DNA of 64,000 nt from Bacillota bacterium (GCA_021811155.1 JAJZPO010000002.1:6042-70041), one strand, 5' to 3'. Counted from the first letter of the stretch, positions 1-7,896 are shown. Notes: generated by a model not told the origin, from the letters alone. Made by a program: numbers and translations.

Positions 1-216
1 CGACCTCGCGAGGACTCGGCTTCCATGGCGCCTTTGCGCGGACTGGCCCTGCCGGACCCGGTGGATGAGGTGTCAGTGCGGGAAGCCTGCCGTGTGGCCC
101 GGACACGTGTTGTGCTCAAGGAAGGACGCTACAGCCCGGAGTTTGAGCGTCTGGGCTTCCGTGTCGTCAGCGGCGGAAAGTACAGCGAAGTAGCATACGG
201 AGCCATAGAAGTATGA
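1..216 (+). CDS. 3' end of a gene entering from upstream of the window; the C-terminus (...LGFRVVSGG...) faintly resembles the end of FGE-sulfatase/SUMF1-type domains
   Basis: Frame 1 is open from base 1 to TGA 214-216; the ORF track lists only the M-started part 25..216. The product guess rests on one short motif. Confidence 0.3.
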   Translation, partial: RPREDSASMAPLRGLALPDPVDEVSVREACRVARTRVVLKEGRYSPEFERLGFRVVSGGKYSEVAYGAIEV

Positions 217-271
217 GCTGGCCCACGCCTGCAAGGCATGGGTCGATAGTGCATTACACGGGGGTAGTGAA

Positions 272-1213
272 GTGAAGGATTCCCTGACCGTAATCGTTGG
301 ACCCACCGCCGCGGGCAAATCCGACATCGGTATACAGGTTGCTAAGGTTGTGGGTGGTGAGATCATCTCCGGCGACTCAGTACAGGTGTACCGCAAACTT
401 GACATTGGCTCCGCCAAGGTTGTTGCGGAACAGCAGCAAGGGGTACCGCACCACATGATAGATATCCTCGACCCGGCGGAAGAGTTCAGTGTTGCCATGT
501 TCCAGGAGCGGGTTCGCGAACTTGTCCGGCAAATCAACAACCGGGGCAAAATTCCTATCCTCGTGGGGGGTACGGGTTTGTACATCCGGTCGGTGCTGGA
601 TCCCTACGAATTTCCCAGTGTGGAAGAGGACAGGCGGATACGGGCGGAACTGCACCGCCTGGTGGATGAAATGGGCCCGTCAGCCTTGCACAAGCTCCTG
701 GCTGAGGTGGATCCGGAGAGTGCGGCGCGCCTTCATCCTAACGACATTAAAAGGGTGGTCAGAGCCTTGGAGGTGTACCGCCTGACGGGGGAAAAGTTTT
801 CTGCCTTTCAGCATTCGGTATCCCGGGAGCCGCGGCTGGAAGACAGTCCGTTTCGACTGAGTTATTTTGCACTTACGGCGCCGCGGGAAATAATCTACAG
901 GCGGATAAATACCAGGGTAGATGCAATGTTGGAGCATGGTTTGCTGGAGGAAATCAGCGGACTGCTGGCGGAGGGGTATGCTCCGTCCTTTGCCGCTCTG
1001 CAAACCATAGGTTATCGCCACGGTGTCCAATACCTGCGGGGCTTCTTGAGTCGGGATGAGATGACCAGGCTGATGAAACGGGACACCCGGCATTTTGCCA
1101 AACGACAGCTTACCTGGTTCAGGCGCGACCAAAGAATAACCTGGTTTGATGTAACCCGCATGCCGCCAGAACAAATTATTGCGCAAATGGTGGAAAGGAT
1201 TTGCAGTGCCTGA
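272..1213 (+). CDS. miaA: tRNA dimethylallyltransferase
   Basis: 313 aa. P-loop GPTAAGKS near the N-terminus, ISGDSVQVYRKLDIGSAK, typical MiaA length, and position immediately upstream of hfq. Confidence 0.95.
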   Translation: MKDSLTVIVGPTAAGKSDIGIQVAKVVGGEIISGDSVQVYRKLDIGSAKVVAEQQQGVPHHMIDILDPAEEFSVAMFQERVRELVRQINNRGKIPILVGGTGLYIRSVLDPYEFPSVEEDRRIRAELHRLVDEMGPSALHKLLAEVDPESAARLHPNDIKRVVRALEVYRLTGEKFSAFQHSVSREPRLEDSPFRLSYFALTAPREIIYRRINTRVDAMLEHGLLEEISGLLAEGYAPSFAALQTIGYRHGVQYLRGFLSRDEMTRLMKRDTRHFAKRQLTWFRRDQRITWFDVTRMPPEQIIAQMVERICSA

Positions 1214-1278
1214 AAAGATGGTGTAAAATAAGGTGTAATATAAAATAAAAGCCGTTATCTGGTTTTGGAGGGAAATTA

Positions 1279-1515
1279 ATGAATAAGAGCCAAATCAACC
1301 TGCAAGATTCTTTTCTTAATCAGGTGAGAAAAGACAATATACCTGTTACCGTTTATCTGGTCAACGGATTTCAACTCAAAGGCCTGGTCAGAGGCTTTGA
1401 CAACTTCACGGTTATCCTTGACTTTGAAGGCAAGCAGCAAATGGTGTACAAACATGCAATTTCCACAATTATCCCCTTCAAACCTGTTAACCTGGCGGCT
1501 GAGGCTAAAGCTTAA
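1279..1515 (+). CDS. hfq: RNA chaperone Hfq
   Basis: 78 aa. Sm motifs [40 protein letters not shown]...[19 protein letters not shown] upstream. Confidence 0.95.
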   Translation: MNKSQINLQDSFLNQVRKDNIPVTVYLVNGFQLKGLVRGFDNFTVILDFEGKQQMVYKHAISTIIPFKPVNLAAEAKA

Positions 1516-1543
1516 GGCCCGGAAAATTGATTTGTCCAGCGGG

Positions 1544-1574
1544 GGAGCCGTGAACACGGCTCCTGCTTTATTTT
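1544..1574 (+). terminator. Rho-independent terminator of miaA-hfq
   Basis: Stem ggagccg/cggctcc with loop tgaaca, followed by tgctttatttt. Confidence 0.75.
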
Positions 1575-1672
1575 ACCTCAGGAAAGTATATACTCGGCAA
1601 CTTTTGCCGAGTATATCGAACACGGGTACTGAAATGCGCGCGCTGAGGAAAAACGAAGCGCGCATTTCTTGT
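1575..1672 (+). repeat. Intergenic two-hairpin repeat, copy A
   Basis: acctcaggaaagta-[tactcggcaa..ttgccgagta hairpin]-cgaacacggg-[gaaatgcgcgc..gcgcgcatttc hairpin]-ttgt. Near-identical copies in reverse orientation at 43734..43929 and 58775..58872. Confidence 0.75.
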
Positions 1673-1762
1673 AGCAGGAGTCAGGAGCGAGAATTCAGAA
1701 CTCAGACGCCCATGCCGCTTCACGAGACCACTGATGAATGAAACAAGGGCTTGCTAGCAGCA

Positions 1763-1884
1763 GGGTCGTTTGATATATCTGGAGAGCGCGATTTTATTTG
1801 AAGCGTCCTCACCTTGCGCGAAAGCGTTTCAAATCAGAGGACGGTTCAAATTCATGAGCGCCGGAGGATATATCAAACGGACCC
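1763..1884. other. Long nested imperfect hairpin (possible structured RNA or MITE-like palindrome)
   Basis: cgtttgatatatc (1767-1779) pairs perfectly with gatatatcaaacg (1867-1879). Inner arms tttgaagcgtcctc (1797-1810) and gaggacggttcaaa (1837-1850) pair 13/14. The apex is cgc-GAAA-gcg. Confidence 0.5.
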
Positions 1885-2025
1885 CAGCAGACCCGAACTG
1901 ACCCAATGTTTCAGGGCGGAATTCAGAAGTCGGAATGGCTGGGGCACTGAATTTTGAGGAATTGGTCTTGGATATTCTGAATTCTGAATTCTGACTTCTG
2001 TGTTCCTAAAACCAAGATGTTAGAC

Positions 2026-2055
2026 TTGCTTAAAATTCCCGGGAAATGCTATACT
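2026..2055 (+). promoter_or_regulatory. Putative sigma-A promoter of typA
   Basis: TTGCTT (2026-2031), 18-nt spacer, then extended -10 TGcTATACT (tatact at 2050-2055). Confidence 0.45.
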
Positions 2056-2090
2056 ACAAAAGACTTTGGACAAACGGAGAGATTAGCAAA

Positions 2091-3920
2091 ATGAAAGCAG
2101 AAAATCTACGCAATGTGGCTATAATTGCCCACGTCGATCATGGCAAGACGAGCCTGGTGGACGTGATGTTGAAGCAGAGCGGCGTGTTCCGGGAAAATGA
2201 ACAGGTGATGGAGCGGGTGATGGATTCCAACGAACTGGAGCGGGAACGGGGCATCACCATTCTGGCAAAAAACACCGCTGTCTGGTGGAAGGATGTTAAA
2301 ATCAACATTGTCGACACCCCGGGCCATGCTGATTTTGGCGGCGAGGTAGAGCGGGTGCTTAAGATGGTGGACGGGGTGCTTTTAGTGGTGGACGCCTTTG
2401 AAGGCCCCATGCCCCAGACCAAGTTTGTCCTGCGCAAAGCCTTGGAATTGAATCTGAAACCGGTGGTGGTGATTAACAAAATCGACCGCAGCGACGCCAG
2501 ACCGTATGAAGTAGCAGACGAAGTGCTTGAACTATTCCTGCAGCTCGGCGCCAATGATGAACAGCTGGAATTCCCGGTGGTCTACACCTCTGCCCGCCGG
2601 GGGGTGGCCGGGTTGGAACCCGAAAATCTCAAGCCCAGCCTGGAACCGCTGTTTGAAATGATTCTTGCCACCATTCCGGCGCCTGAGGCTGAGCCTGAGA
2701 AACCGCTGCAGCTTTTGGTGACCACGCTAGATTATGATGATTACCTGGGGAAGGTTGCCATCGGCAGAGTGGTGCGCGGAAAAATCAGCGCTAATCTGCC
2801 AGTGGTGGTAATAAAGCGGGATGAAAGCCAGGAAAAGGCCAGGGTGGTCAAACTGTTTACCTTTAACGGGCTTAACCGGATGGAAACACAGGAGGTCTCA
2901 GCCGGGGAGATTGTGGCCATCAGCGGCATCCCGAATATCAATATCGGCGAAACAGTGACCTGCGCCGTGAACCCGGAAGGACTGCCCGTGATACAGGTCG
3001 ATGAACCCACTTTGACTATGACATTCATGGTCAACAACAGTCCTTTTTCCGGGCAGGAAGGGGAGTATGTGACTTCCCGCAAACTGAGAGAAAGGCTGTT
3101 CAAGGAGCTGGAGACCAACGTCAGCCTAAGAGTGGAAGAAACGGACAGCGCCGAGGCCTTCAAGGTATCTGGGCGCGGAGAGCTGCATTTGTCCATTCTG
3201 ATTGAAACCATGCGCAGGGAAGGATATGAACTGCAAGTCTCGAAACCGGAAGTGATTATTAAGGAAATAGAAGGTGTTAAGTGTGAGCCTGTGGAGTACC
3301 TGACCTGCGATGTGCCCGATTGGGCCGTGGGCGCGGTAATCGAGCGTTTGGGGTCACGTAAGGCGGAAATGGTGAATATGGTCACCTTGACTGGAGGTGT
3401 GACCCGCCTGGAATTTCTGGTACCTGCCCGGGGCCTGATTGGCTTCAGGGGGGAATTCCTGACCGAAACCAGGGGAGAAGGCATCATGTCGCATGTGTTT
3501 CATTCCTACCTCCCCTATAAAGGAGAAATCCAAGGCCGCAACCGGGGTGTGCTGATTGCCTGGGAGAACGGTGAGGCTACCACCTATGCCCTGCACGCGA
3601 TCCAGGACCGCGGGGTGCTGTTTATCGAACCGGGAACAAAGGTGTACGAAGGCATGATTGTAGGAGAAAATTCCCGCGAGCAGGATATCGAAGTAAACGT
3701 GGCCCGCAAGAAGCATGTTACCAATATGCGTTCAAGCACTGCTGAAGAAACCCTGCGCCTGGAGGCGCCGCGCATTCTCAGCCTGGAGCAGGCGCTGGAA
3801 TACATCAACGAGGATGAGTTGGTGGAAATAACGCCCCATAACATTCGTTTGCGCAAGAAATATCTGAGCCGGGATGCCCGGGTGAAATACGAAAAACAAA
3901 AGGTCATGGAGCAAGCGTGA
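2091..3920 (+). CDS. typA: Translational GTPase TypA/BipA
   Basis: [29 protein letters not shown] and NKIDR G-motifs, EF-G-like domains, about 609 aa. ATG 2091 follows a GGAGAG RBS. The longer ORF start at 2046 lies inside the predicted promoter. Confidence 0.93.
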   Translation: MKAENLRNVAIIAHVDHGKTSLVDVMLKQSGVFRENEQVMERVMDSNELERERGITILAKNTAVWWKDVKINIVDTPGHADFGGEVERVLKMVDGVLLVVDAFEGPMPQTKFVLRKALELNLKPVVVINKIDRSDARPYEVADEVLELFLQLGANDEQLEFPVVYTSARRGVAGLEPENLKPSLEPLFEMILATIPAPEAEPEKPLQLLVTTLDYDDYLGKVAIGRVVRGKISANLPVVVIKRDESQEKARVVKLFTFNGLNRMETQEVSAGEIVAISGIPNINIGETVTCAVNPEGLPVIQVDEPTLTMTFMVNNSPFSGQEGEYVTSRKLRERLFKELETNVSLRVEETDSAEAFKVSGRGELHLSILIETMRREGYELQVSKPEVIIKEIEGVKCEPVEYLTCDVPDWAVGAVIERLGSRKAEMVNMVTLTGGVTRLEFLVPARGLIGFRGEFLTETRGEGIMSHVFHSYLPYKGEIQGRNRGVLIAWENGEATTYALHAIQDRGVLFIEPGTKVYEGMIVGENSREQDIEVNVARKKHVTNMRSSTAEETLRLEAPRILSLEQALEYINEDELVEITPHNIRLRKKYLSRDARVKYEKQKVMEQA

Positions 3921-4012
3921 AAAGAGCTACATCTTATTTTTCTATGGGCGGCGGAAGCTGCTTAATTTTTTTTGAGGCAGGGAGTATTTTGAAATATTTT
4001 TGCCCCAAGGTG

Positions 4013-4041
4013 TTGACAATAGAAAACGAAAAGCATATATT
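4013..4041 (+). promoter_or_regulatory. Putative sigma-A promoter of the 4.1-8.4 kb cluster
   Basis: TTGACA (4013-4018), 17-nt spacer, TATATT (4036-4041). Confidence 0.5.
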
Positions 4042-4052
4042 TGATAATAGAT

Positions 4053-4071
4053 TATACCCCCCTAGGGTATA
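4053..4071. promoter_or_regulatory. Palindromic operator TATACCC-N5-GGGTATA
   Basis: tataccc (4053-4059), cccta, gggtata (4065-4071), located 12-30 nt downstream of the -10. The same arms and spacing occur at 47192..47214. Confidence 0.6.
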
Positions 4072-4112
4072 TGGGTATCGAACCGAAAAATCAGTAGGAG
4101 AGGTGAACGTGC

Positions 4113-5420
4113 ATGAGTGCAAATATTATTCACTCCAACGCGGAAAACTTTAAAAAAGATGTTTTGGACTGGGACCAGCCGGTGATTCTAGATTTTTATT
4201 CCGAAGATTGCTCACCCTGTGCGGCCTTGGCCCCAATTTTCGACAAGCTGGCGGAGAAGTACGGGGACAAGATGCGCTTTGTCAAGATTCTAAGGCAGCA
4301 AAACAGGGAACTTGCTCTTAGTTTAGGCGTGAAAAGCAGCCCCACAGTGTTGTTCTTTAATCAGGGCAATGAGGTTGGCGCAAGGTTTAGCGGCTATATC
4401 AAGAAGCCTCAACTGCGTCTGGAAATCGAAAAGATTCTTGGCATTACGCCGGAGAATGTAAAATTGAGTAAGGTGAGCGCCGACGTTCTTGTCCTGGGAG
4501 CCGGTCCGGCCGGTCTGTCCGCTGCCATCTACGCTTCCCGGGCCAGGCTCAATACTGTGGTGATCGACGAGGGTGTACCCGGCGGGCAGGCTGCCACCAC
4601 TTTCCACATCGCGAATTATCCTGGAACCCCCGGCACACTTACAGGTAAACAGCTAATGGAGAACATGCTGGAACAGGCCAAGAGCTTCGGCACCCGGGTG
4701 GATGACTTAAAGGAAGTCATGGAGGTTAACCTGGGAGGAGACCTCAAAACAATTACCACTGAGGACACTGTGTACAGCGCCCCTGTGGTGATTATCGCCA
4801 CAGGTTCGGAATCACGCCGGCTCCCGGTTGAGGGCGAAGCTGATTTCCGCGGCAAGGGCATACACTACTGCGCTACCTGCGACGGGTCAAATTTCGAGGG
4901 CCAAAAGGTTATCGTGGTAGGCGGGGGGAATTCGGCCGTGGAAGAGGCTGTCTTTTTGACCAAGTATGCTTCCCACGTCACCATAGTCCACCAGTTCGAT
5001 AATTTCCAGGCATCCAAGATCGCTCAGGAGGAAGCTCTGGCCAATCCGAAGATCGACGTGGTTTGGAATTCAGAACCGCGTGGTGTGGTGGGTGAAAACC
5101 ATTTGAGCGCGTTGGTGGTGGAAAACGTTAAAACTGGCCAGATGAGTGAGATACCGGTGAACGGAGTGTTCGTCTATATTGGTATGCAGCCCAGGACGGC
5201 TCTGGTAGAGGGACAACTCAACACTAACCAGTGGGGATATATTGAAGTTGACGAAGACTTGAAGACCAACATTCCTGGCGTGTTTGCAGCAGGTGATGTG
5301 CGCTCCAAGATGATCAGACAGGTGGTAACCGCTGCAAGCGACGGAGCTATAGCCGGCATCAACGCTGAGCGCTATCTGGCCAGCCTGCACACCCGTGAGT
5401 ATGCCCAAGCCTCGAAATAG
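4113..5420 (+). CDS. Thioredoxin-domain / thioredoxin-disulfide reductase fusion protein
   Basis: 435 aa. N-terminal Trx fold with a CSPC active site (FYSEDCSPCAAL). After about residue 120, an FAD motif VLVLGAGPAGLSAAIYASR, redox-active CATCDG and NAD(P) motif VVGGGNSAVEEA. AGGAGAGGTG RBS. Confidence 0.9.
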   Translation: MSANIIHSNAENFKKDVLDWDQPVILDFYSEDCSPCAALAPIFDKLAEKYGDKMRFVKILRQQNRELALSLGVKSSPTVLFFNQGNEVGARFSGYIKKPQLRLEIEKILGITPENVKLSKVSADVLVLGAGPAGLSAAIYASRARLNTVVIDEGVPGGQAATTFHIANYPGTPGTLTGKQLMENMLEQAKSFGTRVDDLKEVMEVNLGGDLKTITTEDTVYSAPVVIIATGSESRRLPVEGEADFRGKGIHYCATCDGSNFEGQKVIVVGGGNSAVEEAVFLTKYASHVTIVHQFDNFQASKIAQEEALANPKIDVVWNSEPRGVVGENHLSALVVENVKTGQMSEIPVNGVFVYIGMQPRTALVEGQLNTNQWGYIEVDEDLKTNIPGVFAAGDVRSKMIRQVVTAASDGAIAGINAERYLASLHTREYAQASK

Positions 5421-5531
5421 AAGTTCGATGTTCGATCTCCGGCGGGGCTGGCAGTTCTGCTCCCTTACGTGCAGTACTTTGTGGTATCCGAATGCTTTTT
5501 GGGGCCGGATTTAAGGTGGTGATGGTCGGAA

Positions 5532-6152
5532 ATGAGTGTTGAGTTAAGCATAATTGAGAGATATACTTCCGAGACGGAGACCGTTAATCTGAGTTGCGGC
5601 GGCAATCTAGACTTTGCGCAGGTGCAGCCAGGGGATGTAATTATCGACCTGGGCTGTGGACGGGGCACTGAAACAATTCTGGCAGCCCGAAAGGCAATGG
5701 AGGGCAAAGCGATTGGTCTGGATATAACTCCTAAGATGGTTCAGGCAGCCAGGGAACAGGCCGCCCTGAAGGGTGTGACCAATGCGGAGTTTGTCGAGGG
5801 CGCCTTGGACAGCTTACCCTTCCCGGACAGCTATGCCGACGTCATGATCAGTAACTGCTCTATAAACCATGTCTCCGATAAGGAAAAGGTATTCAGGGAG
5901 ATCTTCCGGGTTTTGCGGCCCGGCGGCCGGTTTGTTGTCTCGGACATCATGGCCCAGGAACTTCTGCCGGTTGAAATAACCACCGACCCGGAGGAGATTG
6001 CCGCTTGTTTTGGCGGGGCAATTCCGAGCGATGAATATTTTAGGGCAATAAGGAATGCCGGTTTTCTCGAGCTTGAGATTTTAAAGGAACGCAGTTATCT
6101 GAAAAAAGGTTACGGATTGATAAGCCGTACACTCAGGGCATACAAGAAGTGA
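5532..6152 (+). CDS. Class I SAM-dependent methyltransferase, ArsM (arsenite methyltransferase)-like
   Basis: 206 aa. SAM motif VIIDLGCGRGTE, DVMISNCSINHV, LRPGGRFVVSDI and AACFGGA. Cys at positions 22, 109 and 159 are placed like the ArsM thiols. Confidence 0.8.
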   Translation: MSVELSIIERYTSETETVNLSCGGNLDFAQVQPGDVIIDLGCGRGTETILAARKAMEGKAIGLDITPKMVQAAREQAALKGVTNAEFVEGALDSLPFPDSYADVMISNCSINHVSDKEKVFREIFRVLRPGGRFVVSDIMAQELLPVEITTDPEEIAACFGGAIPSDEYFRAIRNAGFLELEILKERSYLKKGYGLISRTLRAYKK

Positions 6153-6166
6153 GAGGAGGTGAGTAT

Positions 6167-6286
6167 ATGCGTCCAGTGACCAGAGAAAGACTGGGAGATG
6201 ACAAGGCTTGCTGCAGCACCGCAGCCTTACAGGTGGCCCAATGCTGCTCCAAGTCCTCAAAAATTATTTCCGGCTGCCACGACTAA
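6167..6286 (+). CDS. Small Cys-rich peptide (39 aa), candidate rSAM substrate/precursor
   Basis: Not in the ORF track (under 60 aa). ATG 6167 lies 7 nt after AGGAGG (6154-6159). Sequence MRPVTRERLGDDKACCSTAALQVAQCCSKSSKIISGCHD, stop TAA 6284-6286. It sits 51 nt upstream of the rSAM/SPASM gene. Confidence 0.6.
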   Translation: MRPVTRERLGDDKACCSTAALQVAQCCSKSSKIISGCHD

Positions 6287-6337
6287 GGTTATATGGCGGT
6301 AGGCTGCCTACCGCCTTGACCTAAATCCAGAAACAGG

Positions 6338-7708
6338 GTGGGGAAGATGTATTACAGCAAGTATAACCTGATTTTGCCTTTGGGCGATTCGCAGTATCCA
6401 TACGCAGTCATGAATTCTCTCAGTGGCGCCTTCGACCTGGCTACCTCTGCCGAGAGAGAAACTTTGCAAAATTTGGCCGAGGGCAAGGCGGCAGAAGGTC
6501 CCGATCTCATAAATTACCTCAAGTCAAGAGGGTATTTATTTGAGAACCGGGCGGAAGAAGATGACCTGGTGCAAACGAAGTTCGTTGAGTTTCAGGACGC
6601 TTTGACAGACACTGCTCCCCAGGTTCTTTTCATCCCCACTTATAACTGCAATTTGGACTGTGTTTATTGTTTTCAAAAAGGGATTAAGCATAAGACTCAA
6701 CTGATAAGCCGGGAGGTGGTTGATGCTTTCTTCACCTACCTGCCTGACTTGTACCCTTTCAAAAAGCCCTTTATCACTCTGTTTGGCGGAGAGCCGCTGG
6801 TGAACTCCCCCAAGCAGAGGGAGATTATTGACTATATTGTCAAGAAAGCGGCTGAGGGTGACTATGAGATTGCCGCTGTGACCAATGGGTATGATTTGAC
6901 TGACTATTTGCCTGTATTGACCCAAACCAGGGTTAAAGAAATCCAGATTACTGTCGACGGTCCCAGGGAACTGCACGATTCCCGCCGCCACACCGCCAAC
7001 GGGAAACCCACCTTTCAACGGATAATGGATGGAATCGGTCACGCCATAGGTCTCGGTATTCCCATAAACTTGAGGGCAGTGGTTGATAAAACAAATTTCG
7101 ACGGGTTGGTGGAATTGGCTGCTGAGTTGGAACGACTTGGTTGGCTTGATCTGCCGGCGGAAAAATTCAAGACCCAGATCGGGCGGAACTATGAATTATT
7201 TGAGTGCTACGCATCCCCGTCTCACTTGTTGGGACAGGTGGAACACTGGGCCAAAGTTGTGGAATTGAGTCAGCAGCATCCTGTGCTAAAGAAATTTCAC
7301 CAGCCGGAATTCAAAGGAATAAAACACCTGGTGCAAAACGGAGAGCTGTATCTGCCGAGCTTTGATACTTGTCCGGCTTGCAAGACGGAGTGGGTGTTCG
7401 ACTTGTATGGCAGCATCTACGGCTGTACCGCGAACACGGGCAGGGATGAATACAAATTGGGTTCTTTTTATCCCGAGTTTGAGTTTAATCAGGTTGAAGT
7501 CGGAGAATGGCAGAAACGCAACGTGTTAAACATCCCCGAATGCCGGGACTGCGATGTAAGCTTGATCTGCGGCGGCGGTTGCGGTGTGGTGGCGAAAGAA
7601 AAGAACGGTGCCGTGCTTTCGCCGGACTGCCGTCCCATTAAGGGAATCCTGGCCCAGGGCTTGAAATATTTCAGAGAGGAGATCCTGGCGCTTAACCAAC
7701 CCGAATAG
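6338..7708 (+). CDS. Radical SAM / SPASM-domain enzyme (peptide-maturase-like architecture)
   Basis: 456 aa. CNLDCVYC (CX3CX2C) after a roughly 95-aa N-terminal extension. SPASM signature CKTEWVFDLYGSIYGC (C-X9-G-X4-C), CRDCDVSLICGGGC (CX2CX5CX3C) and SPDC. The start may be GTG 6338 or ATG 6347. Confidence 0.9.
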   Translation: MGKMYYSKYNLILPLGDSQYPYAVMNSLSGAFDLATSAERETLQNLAEGKAAEGPDLINYLKSRGYLFENRAEEDDLVQTKFVEFQDALTDTAPQVLFIPTYNCNLDCVYCFQKGIKHKTQLISREVVDAFFTYLPDLYPFKKPFITLFGGEPLVNSPKQREIIDYIVKKAAEGDYEIAAVTNGYDLTDYLPVLTQTRVKEIQITVDGPRELHDSRRHTANGKPTFQRIMDGIGHAIGLGIPINLRAVVDKTNFDGLVELAAELERLGWLDLPAEKFKTQIGRNYELFECYASPSHLLGQVEHWAKVVELSQQHPVLKKFHQPEFKGIKHLVQNGELYLPSFDTCPACKTEWVFDLYGSIYGCTANTGRDEYKLGSFYPEFEFNQVEVGEWQKRNVLNIPECRDCDVSLICGGGCGVVAKEKNGAVLSPDCRPIKGILAQGLKYFREEILALNQPE

Positions 7709-7722
7709 AAGGGGGGCCTTTG

Positions 7723-7896
7723 ATGCCGAATTATGACCTGAAATGCTCTGACTGCGGGGAGAAATTTTCAGCGCAGGTGTCAATTAAAGAGAGAGAAGAA
7801 TTGACATGTCCAAAATGCGGCAGCAAAAGTTTAACCCAGGAATCGAAAAATGGTCGCGCCAGGAAAAGACGGTCCAAGAAGCGCTGCTTTACCTGA
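7723..7896 (+). CDS. FmdB-family zinc-ribbon protein (CxxC...CxxC)
   Basis: Not in the ORF track (57 aa). MPNYDLKCSDCGEKF...LTCPKCGSKS matches the MPxYxxxCxxCG...CPxCG pattern. Starts 14 nt after the rSAM stop. Confidence 0.7.
   Translation: MPNYDLKCSDCGEKFSAQVSIKEREELTCPKCGSKSLTQESKNGRARKRRSKKRCFT

Noticed and set aside
73-1186. Antisense or alternative-frame ORFs inside miaA (73..585, 377..655, 489..785, 680..1186).
   Set aside because: They are fully embedded in a confidently identified miaA frame, have no RBS, and their composition is that of the shadow frame of a GC-moderate gene.
1397-1741. ORFs beginning or containing MRAL(R/K)KNEARISC (1397..1741 on the plus strand and 43503..43772 on the minus strand), which look conserved between distant loci.
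   Set aside because: The shared 13 residues are simply the translation of hairpin 2 of the intergenic repeat. Sequence outside the repeat diverges completely, there is no RBS, and the third copy terminates differently. This is DNA/RNA-level conservation, not coding conservation.
3917-4153. 78-aa ORF between typA and the Trx-TrxR gene.
   Set aside because: It spans the predicted promoter, the operator and the RBS of the downstream gene, has no Shine-Dalgarno sequence, and is low-complexity.
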